DNA of 64,000 nucleotides, taken from NCBI GenBank assembly GCA_018816245.1, contig JAHIVW010000003.1, positions 45,195 to 109,194 of the forward strand, read 5' to 3'. Below, one piece after another: positions 57,669-64,000 of the stretch; position 1 is the first letter of the stretch; each line of letters begins with the position of its first letter. The stretch comes from Nanobdellota archaeon. GTDB taxonomy: Archaea > Aenigmatarchaeota > Aenigmatarchaeia > QMZP01. A program made the position numbers and the translations under genes. The notes under the pieces are model-generated. The model was not told the origin of the DNA. It saw only the letters and a list, made by a program, of their open reading frames with translations, and searched no databases.

Positions 57669-59489
57669 ATGTTTTCTCCAGAACCAATGGTTCGAGTCAC
57701 GGTAGCGGCGCCCCGAGAAGTATTAAACGAGACCATCGAGACGCTCCACAAAGCAAAGCTCCTCCATCTCGATCCGCACGATCCAAAGGACGGTGTCGGT
57801 ATTGGTGACCCGCTCCCGAATGCTGACCACATCTCAAAACTGCTCGTGAGTTTGGCAGGCCTTCGTGCACTCGTTCCGTCGAACAAACCGCCTGTAGACA
57901 TGAAACTCACGATCAAGAAGGCAGAAGAAATCGAACAGCGCGTTCGTTCGCGTGCACAGAAGTTTCACATAAGAATACAAGAAGCAGAGCATGACATTCG
58001 TGCAGCCGAGGAAGTCCTCGAGCAACTCTCGTTCTTGGACCAGCTCGGCATCAAAGAAACAAAGATGTTAACAGGCTACGAATACCTGTCAAGCGCCATT
58101 GGAACGGTTTCCAATCCTGACGCACTTGAGCAGCTTCCTGCTTCTACCATCCAGTTTAGTTCCCCACGGAAGCGAAAAGCAGAAGGGGGCATTGCCATCT
58201 TCTATTCCCATGAACAAGAGGAACAGGTCCGCGACATACTTGCAGTCGCCGGCTTCACACCGGTTACGGTTCCCGTACAGTTCACTGAAATCATAATTAA
58301 GAAGGAGATTGCACTTGTCACGAAACGCAAACAAATGGCAACCGCAGAATGTAATGAAGCACGGGCAGGCTTGCAGAAGATTGCTGATGAAGAAGGCCCG
58401 ATCCTTGCGGCCGTTGAGAACTTCATTACTGCTGAAGTTCGGAAAGGAGAAGCACCGCTCCAGTTCGCGGTGAGTGATTTCACTTTTGTTATCTCTGGCT
58501 GGCTTCCAAAAAAAAACAAAGAAGATTTAGAGACCAAACTGCACGCAATTAACAAGCATATTTACATACAAACAGAAGAGGCAACGCAAACCGCGCCCAT
58601 CAAGTTTAGGAACAACCCCGTGACTCGCCCCTTTGAGTTCTTCCTCCGTTTGTACACGCTCCCGCGGTACGGAGAATTTGAACCAACCCTCTTGACCTTC
58701 TTGACCTTTCCCATGTTCTTTGGGATGATGCTTGGTGACATTGGGTACGGAATCACGGTGTTCCTTGCGTTCGGCTTGCTCCGCTGGAAACTTCCCCAGT
58801 ACGGCGGCCTCTTCCTGATCTTCATGATATCATCCGCCTGGACCATTGCCTTTGGTTATTTCTTCGGTGAATTCTTTGGTGCTGAAGAAGTCTTTGGTTA
58901 TCACTTATACCCCTTCATTCACCGCGTCACTGAGGTAAGTCAAATGCTCGTCGCGACCTTGGTAATTGGTGTTGCCCATATCGGGCTTGCCTACACGATC
59001 GGCTTTGTCAACAAACTCAAGAGCCACGGCATCAGGCACGCCATCTTTGGCAAAGGGTCCTGGCTCCTCCTCGAAGCAGGTGGGGTCCTCTGGTTCCTGG
59101 ATGTGTTCAATGTCTACGCGTTCAACCAGCTCTACTCTCTGGGTATAGTTGGAATTGCCATTATCATGCTTTTGGTTGGTGAAGGACCGCTCGGTCTGAT
59201 TGAAGTGCCAGGCCTTGCCTCAAACATCCTTTCCTATACCCGACTTGCAGCTGTTGGCCTTGCCTCAGCGTCACTCGCAGTCCTCGCGAACACTATGGCA
59301 GGCCAGCTATTCGCCCAAGGTGGATTCATGATCGTTGCTGGCGTCCTAGTCCTGCTCGCGATCCACACACTCAATATCTTAATTGGATTGCTTGATTCAT
59401 TCCTGCAATCCCTGCGTCTCCACTACGTCGAGACGTTCACAAAGTTTTATCAAGGGAATGGTGAGGCATATAAACCATTCGGATCATAG
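57669..59489 (+). CDS. atpI: A/V-type ATP synthase subunit I
   Basis: FFGMMLGD.GYG, SYTRL.A, LRLHYVE.F.KFY. Confidence 0.95.
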   Translation: MFSPEPMVRVTVAAPREVLNETIETLHKAKLLHLDPHDPKDGVGIGDPLPNADHISKLLVSLAGLRALVPSNKPPVDMKLTIKKAEEIEQRVRSRAQKFHIRIQEAEHDIRAAEEVLEQLSFLDQLGIKETKMLTGYEYLSSAIGTVSNPDALEQLPASTIQFSSPRKRKAEGGIAIFYSHEQEEQVRDILAVAGFTPVTVPVQFTEIIIKKEIALVTKRKQMATAECNEARAGLQKIADEEGPILAAVENFITAEVRKGEAPLQFAVSDFTFVISGWLPKKNKEDLETKLHAINKHIYIQTEEATQTAPIKFRNNPVTRPFEFFLRLYTLPRYGEFEPTLLTFLTFPMFFGMMLGDIGYGITVFLAFGLLRWKLPQYGGLFLIFMISSAWTIAFGYFFGEFFGAEEVFGYHLYPFIHRVTEVSQMLVATLVIGVAHIGLAYTIGFVNKLKSHGIRHAIFGKGSWLLLEAGGVLWFLDVFNVYAFNQLYSLGIVGIAIIMLLVGEGPLGLIEVPGLASNILSYTRLAAVGLASASLAVLANTMAGQLFAQGGFMIVAGVLVLLAIHTLNILIGLLDSFLQSLRLHYVETFTKFYQGNGEAYKPFGS

Positions 59490-59548
59490 AAGGAGATTCA
59501 ATCTATAATATCACTCCCCGTTTACGGGATGAAAAATGGAGGTAGAGT

Positions 59549-59758
59549 ATGACAGAATATATCGCAATCGGTGCTGCGCTGGCAATCGGGTTGTCCGCAA
59601 TCGGCGCAGGACTTGCAGAAAAAGAGATTGGTGCTGCTGCAATCGGCGCGATGGCGGAAAAGGAAAGCCTCTTCGCAAAGGGGCTGATTTTGACCGTCAT
59701 TCCGGAAACCCTCGTGATTTTCGGACTCGTCGTTGCGTTGCTGATCACTGGTTTGTAA
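59549..59758 (+). CDS. atpK: A/V-type ATP synthase subunit K (c), single hairpin
   Basis: Two TMs, IPETL with the conserved Glu. Confidence 0.93.
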   Translation: MTEYIAIGAALAIGLSAIGAGLAEKEIGAAAIGAMAEKESLFAKGLILTVIPETLVIFGLVVALLITGL

Positions 59759-59792
59759 GTGATCAGCACACAACCACCATACGTGAGGAACT

Positions 59793-60371
59793 ATGGGCCT
59801 TGACACTGTCTTGGAAAATATCCAGAAGAATGCAAAGCAGGCAGCTGATGCTGCGTTGCAAGAAGCCAAAGATCACGAAAGCAGACTCATGGCAGAAGCA
59901 AAGGATAGGCTTGCTGCACTCCGGACCGCGGAGCAGCAGCATGTTGAACAAGAGCTTATGGCAATCAAGTCGCAGCTTTCGGTGAGAAAGGAACTCTCAG
60001 AACGAGTATCGATCCTTCTTACAAAGAAGCAGGCAATGGATGCTGTCTATGACGCGTTTGAGAAACAGCTGACGACCGGGGCAGCACGCGGTCGTTTGTT
60101 TACCAAACTTGTCTCAACTGCAAAGGCTGCAATGAGTAAACCAGGAGCCGTCTACGTTGACGCGGCGGATGTTGCCCATGCAAAGAAGGCGTTTCCACAA
60201 GCAACCGTGAAAACGCAAACCATGCGAGGCGGTCTTGTTGCAGAAAGCAAAGACGAAAAGCAGCTCGTTGATCTGCGCCTCGAAACCATCATCGATGTGC
60301 TCCGTTCGCGAATTGATGCGCGCGTCGCCGAAGCGTTGTTTTCAGAAAAGAAGGTCATGAAAAAGAAGTGA
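59793..60371 (+). CDS. atpE: A/V-type ATP synthase subunit E
   Basis: MGL..V...I, GG......D. Confidence 0.85.
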   Translation: MGLDTVLENIQKNAKQAADAALQEAKDHESRLMAEAKDRLAALRTAEQQHVEQELMAIKSQLSVRKELSERVSILLTKKQAMDAVYDAFEKQLTTGAARGRLFTKLVSTAKAAMSKPGAVYVDAADVAHAKKAFPQATVKTQTMRGGLVAESKDEKQLVDLRLETIIDVLRSRIDARVAEALFSEKKVMKKK

Positions 60372-60375
60372 TCGT

Positions 60376-61446
60376 ATGAAACACTCCTCCCTCTCCGGCA
60401 AACTGTCGTTCGGCTCCTATCCGTACACCATTACTCGGGTGAAGGTTATGCAGTCGTTCCTGATCAAACCAGACGACTATTACCGGATGAAGAAGATGGG
60501 AACGAACGAAATTGTGCGCGTCCTAGAAGAGGGAGAATATAAGAAAGAGATTGACGCACTCTCGAACGACTACCAAGGACTGGAACTTATCGAACTCGCC
60601 TTGAACGAGAATCTTGCGAAAACCATGAACAAACTCCTGAAGATTGCCATTGCCCCTCCAGTGCAACAGGTGATCCGGAGCTATGCAAACAAGTGGATTG
60701 TCAATAACTGCAAGGCAATTATCCGGGCGCGGTTCAACCAATCAAGTCTTCAGGATCTTCAGTACGCCATTATCCCGATCGTCCCAATTACGTATCAGGA
60801 TGCCGAGGTGTTCCTTCGCGAACCACTTGAAGACATGGCACTCCGATTCGCTTCGTTCACTGGTGCCGATAGAAGTGAACTGCAGGCTGCGGTCCGTGAC
60901 GGGAATGGAAGCCATATTGAGTACGTACTCGACCGCGCTTATTTCAACAATATGATCAAGCTGCGACTCCAGTTGAACCTCAAACCAACTGACCCACTCC
61001 GTGAGTTCCTGCGTAACTTAACCACCGCACTCAACATCAAAAACATCCTCCGGCTCCAGGCCGTTGGAACCGATCAGGAGACTATCAGGAAATTCGTTCT
61101 CAGGGGACGCCACCGCTATGGCAACCCACAGCGAAACCTGCTTGCAAATCTTCTGCATGCCCGAGACTTCTCGGAATGTATTTCGATTATCAAAGCATCT
61201 CCCTTTCACACGCTCGTCACAGAAGGGATGGAGAAAAATCTCACGGTCCTCGAAGACCGGCTCGAGCAGTTCCTCCTCCAGCAGGCATCGTCACTGTTGC
61301 ACCGGAAACCGCTCTCTATCTCACCAATCTTCGGGTATCTCCTTCAAAAAGAGATTGAACTGCGAAACATCCGCCTGCTCCTCCACGCACGCAACCTCGG
61401 ATTACCAGAGGAGTTTGTTGACCAAAATCTCTTGATTGCATCGTGA
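60376..61446 (+). CDS. atpC: A/V-type ATP synthase subunit C
   Basis: YPY..TRV..M, GYL..KE.E.RNIR. Confidence 0.88.
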   Translation: MKHSSLSGKLSFGSYPYTITRVKVMQSFLIKPDDYYRMKKMGTNEIVRVLEEGEYKKEIDALSNDYQGLELIELALNENLAKTMNKLLKIAIAPPVQQVIRSYANKWIVNNCKAIIRARFNQSSLQDLQYAIIPIVPITYQDAEVFLREPLEDMALRFASFTGADRSELQAAVRDGNGSHIEYVLDRAYFNNMIKLRLQLNLKPTDPLREFLRNLTTALNIKNILRLQAVGTDQETIRKFVLRGRHRYGNPQRNLLANLLHARDFSECISIIKASPFHTLVTEGMEKNLTVLEDRLEQFLLQQASSLLHRKPLSISPIFGYLLQKEIELRNIRLLLHARNLGLPEEFVDQNLLIAS

Positions 61447-61450
61447 TCCT

Positions 61451-61783
61451 ATGGAAACAAACATCGCTATTGTCGGCGACGAGTACTTCGTTGTGGGCTT
61501 CCAGCTCGCTGGGGTCAAACGAACCGTGATCGCTGACGAAGCGACCATTAACAAGAAACTCGAGGCTGTCCTTGATCGGAAAGACATAGGTATCGTGATC
61601 ATGCAGCACACAGACTTTGAGAAACTGAACCAGCGACTCAAGGATCGCGCGATGACACAAGTCAAACCAACAGTTGTGGTGCTCTCGCACGATACGTCAG
61701 CAGAAGAAAATCTGCGTCTCATGATCAAACGGTCATTGGGTATTGACCTGTGGTCAAAGGAGAACGCGCACAAAAGCGCATGA
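61451..61783 (+). CDS. atpF: A/V-type ATP synthase subunit F
   Basis: IAIVGD...V.GF.LAGV; IKR.LG.DL. Confidence 0.9.
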   Translation: METNIAIVGDEYFVVGFQLAGVKRTVIADEATINKKLEAVLDRKDIGIVIMQHTDFEKLNQRLKDRAMTQVKPTVVVLSHDTSAEENLRLMIKRSLGIDLWSKENAHKSA

Positions 61784-61792
61784 GGTGGAACT

Positions 61793-63541
61793 ATGGTGAA
61801 GAAAGGAACAGTGTATCGCGTCTCAGGACCCGTAGTGATGGTTGATGGACTCGATGCAAAGATGTACGACGTTGTTCGCGTCGGATCTGAAAACCTGGTC
61901 GGTGAAGTAATCCGAATCGATCCGGATAAGATTACGGTCCAGGTGTACGAAGATACCAGTGGGCTCACGCCCGGGGAACCGGTTGAGAACACCGGCAATC
62001 CACTTTCGGTGGAACTCGGTCCCGGTCTCCTAATGGGTATCTATGATGGGATCCAGCGCCCCTTGAACGAGCTCATGAAAAAAACAGGGGACTTCATCAC
62101 TCGTGGTGCAACAGCAAACGCGCTTGACCGGTCCAAGAAGTGGGCATTCACGCCCCGTGTCAAGAAAGGCGACACCGTCGGACCAGGGACCGTTCTCGGA
62201 ACTGTGCAGGAAACCGAGACAATCGAACACAAGATTCTTGTTCCACCAAAGGTCTCAGGAAAGATCAAGGACATCAAGAAAGGCTCATTCACAATCGAAG
62301 AACCTATTGGATCCCTTGCAGACGGAACCCCCCTTCGCCTCATACATATCTGGCCGATCCGGCAGCCTCGTCCGGTGACAAAGAAACTGACACCAGAACT
62401 CCCCCTTGTGACCGGGCAACGCATCCTTGATGCACTCTTCCCGCTTGCAAAAGGCGGGACCGCAGGCATTCCTGGCCCGTTCGGATCAGGAAAGACCGTT
62501 ACCCAGCAACAGCTGGCAAAATGGAGTGACACCCAAGTTGTGGTGTATATTGGGTGCGGTGAACGCGGGAACGAAATGGCCGATGTGCTGAAGGAATTCC
62601 CAGAACTCATCGATCCCAAGACCAACAAGCCGCTCATGGAACGAACCATCTTGATCGCAAACACATCCAACATGCCCGTGGCAGCACGTGAAGCATCGAT
62701 TTACACCGGCATCACGATTGCAGAATACTACCGGGACATGGGATATGACGTCTCTTTGATGGCTGACTCAACAAGTCGCTGGGCAGAAGCCATGCGAGAG
62801 ATTTCATCCCGACTTGAGGAAATGCCTGGTGAAGAAGGCTATCCGGCATACTTGTCAACACGATTGTCTGAATTCTATGAGCGCGCCGGTCGCGTCCAGC
62901 CACTCGGGAAAGACGACATCGGTTCGATCTCAATTATCGGTGCGGTCAGCCCGCCGGGCGGTGACTTCTCCGAACCAGTAACGCAATCAACCCTCCGGGT
63001 AGTAAAAACCTTCTGGGCACTTGACGCAAAACTGGCACAGCGGCGTCACTTCCCAGCCATCAACTGGTTGACCTCCTACAGCCTCTACCAGAAAACCCTT
63101 GGACCATGGTATGCGGAACATGTCGCTTCAGACTGGAACGAGGTCATGGCAAAGGCACGAACCATCCTCCAAGAAGAGGAACGGCTCCAAGAAATCGTGC
63201 AGCTTGTCGGTTCTGATGCGCTCCCTGATCCGCAACGGTTGACCTTGGAAATTGCGCGCATGTTGCGTGAATTCTTCCTGCAGCAGTCCGCATTCCACGA
63301 GATTGACGCTTATTCCGATCTCAAGAAGAGTTATCGCTTGGTGAAAGCGATCTTATCCTTCGAAGAACGCGCCAAGGATGCGCTCAAGAACGGCGCTCCG
63401 ATCAACGACATCCTGGAAATGGAGGCGAAGAATAATATCGCAAATGCAAAGTTCACTAAAGATGACGAAAAACTACTTGCAGAAACAGAAAAAGAAATTC
63501 AAAAGGAGCTCATGTCGCTTGTGAAAGCAGCGACAGTATAG
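61793..63541 (+). CDS. atpA: A/V-type ATP synthase subunit A
   Basis: [28 protein letters not shown]; no intein. Confidence 0.97.
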   Translation: MVKKGTVYRVSGPVVMVDGLDAKMYDVVRVGSENLVGEVIRIDPDKITVQVYEDTSGLTPGEPVENTGNPLSVELGPGLLMGIYDGIQRPLNELMKKTGDFITRGATANALDRSKKWAFTPRVKKGDTVGPGTVLGTVQETETIEHKILVPPKVSGKIKDIKKGSFTIEEPIGSLADGTPLRLIHIWPIRQPRPVTKKLTPELPLVTGQRILDALFPLAKGGTAGIPGPFGSGKTVTQQQLAKWSDTQVVVYIGCGERGNEMADVLKEFPELIDPKTNKPLMERTILIANTSNMPVAAREASIYTGITIAEYYRDMGYDVSLMADSTSRWAEAMREISSRLEEMPGEEGYPAYLSTRLSEFYERAGRVQPLGKDDIGSISIIGAVSPPGGDFSEPVTQSTLRVVKTFWALDAKLAQRRHFPAINWLTSYSLYQKTLGPWYAEHVASDWNEVMAKARTILQEEERLQEIVQLVGSDALPDPQRLTLEIARMLREFFLQQSAFHEIDAYSDLKKSYRLVKAILSFEERAKDALKNGAPINDILEMEAKNNIANAKFTKDDEKLLAETEKEIQKELMSLVKAATV

Positions 63542-63551
63542 GGAGGATACT

Positions 63552-64000
63552 ATGGCATCACTCAACGTAAAAGAATACAAAACTATTGACAGCGTTGCAG
63601 GACCACTCCTGTTCGTCAAACAAACTCATCCCGTGGGGTATGGCGAGCTTGTCCGGATCACGTTATCTGATAAAACAACTCGGCTTGGTCAGGTTCTCGA
63701 TACCAGCAACGATCTCGTGGTTGTCCAATCATTCGAAGGAACGCGCGGTATTGACAAGAAGGCGTCGGTCCGGTTTCTCGGTGATGTGATCCGACTGAAG
63801 GTATCCGAAGATATGCTTGGCCGCACCTTTAACGGCCGCGGTGAACCGATTGATGGCGGCCCTGCGGTTATTCCTGATGCCGAACTGGACATCAATGGTG
63901 CAACGATTAACCCGTATGCTCGCGGGCCACCTGCTGATTTTATCCAGACCGGGATCTCAACAATCGATGCGATGAACACGCTGGTGCGTGGTCAGAAGCT
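63552..64000 (+). CDS. atpB: A/V-type ATP synthase subunit B (partial)
   Basis: [37 protein letters not shown]; runs off the window. Confidence 0.95.
   Translation, partial: MASLNVKEYKTIDSVAGPLLFVKQTHPVGYGELVRITLSDKTTRLGQVLDTSNDLVVVQSFEGTRGIDKKASVRFLGDVIRLKVSEDMLGRTFNGRGEPIDGGPAVIPDAELDINGATINPYARGPPADFIQTGISTIDAMNTLVRGQK

Noticed and set aside
61793-63541. Intein in ATP synthase subunit A
   Set aside because: The P-loop GPFGSGKT is uninterrupted and the length (582 aa) is normal.

Overview
A gene-dense archaeal chromosomal segment. The gene content and compact, often overlapping genes point to a DPANN archaeon, with Aenigmarchaeota a plausible inference. Housekeeping content includes radA (with a LAGLIDADG intein), radB, dnaG, ftsZ, aIF2beta, GluRS/TyrRS/TrpRS, trm5, thiI, dph6, ribK-ribC-ribH, lipoate ligase, tdh/kbl, DGGGP synthase and an A/V-type ATP synthase operon (H,I,K,E,C,F,A, partial B). 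Four native tRNAs are present: Thr-UGU and Leu-UAA with introns, His-GUG and Arg-GCG. The most unusual feature is three low-coding, hairpin-rich islands at ~33.9-35.2 kb (minus strand), ~37.2-39.1 kb and ~39.8-41.3 kb. Each begins with a similar stem-A(T/G)AACGTC leader and ends in a TATAAC-N3-GTTATA palindrome, and two end in an exact 36-bp direct repeat. They carry tiny SD-led ORFs, an excisionase-like HTH, and three tRNA-like genes with aberrant anticodon arms, two with encoded CCA. Other notable items are a cyclodipeptide-synthase homolog with Cys at the catalytic Ser position, a CTTCA(C/T) repeat array upstream of an AAA+/wHTH ATPase (candidate origin or operator), and a Cys/Pro-rich surface protein. 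All calls come from motif reading by eye; no database searches were run.
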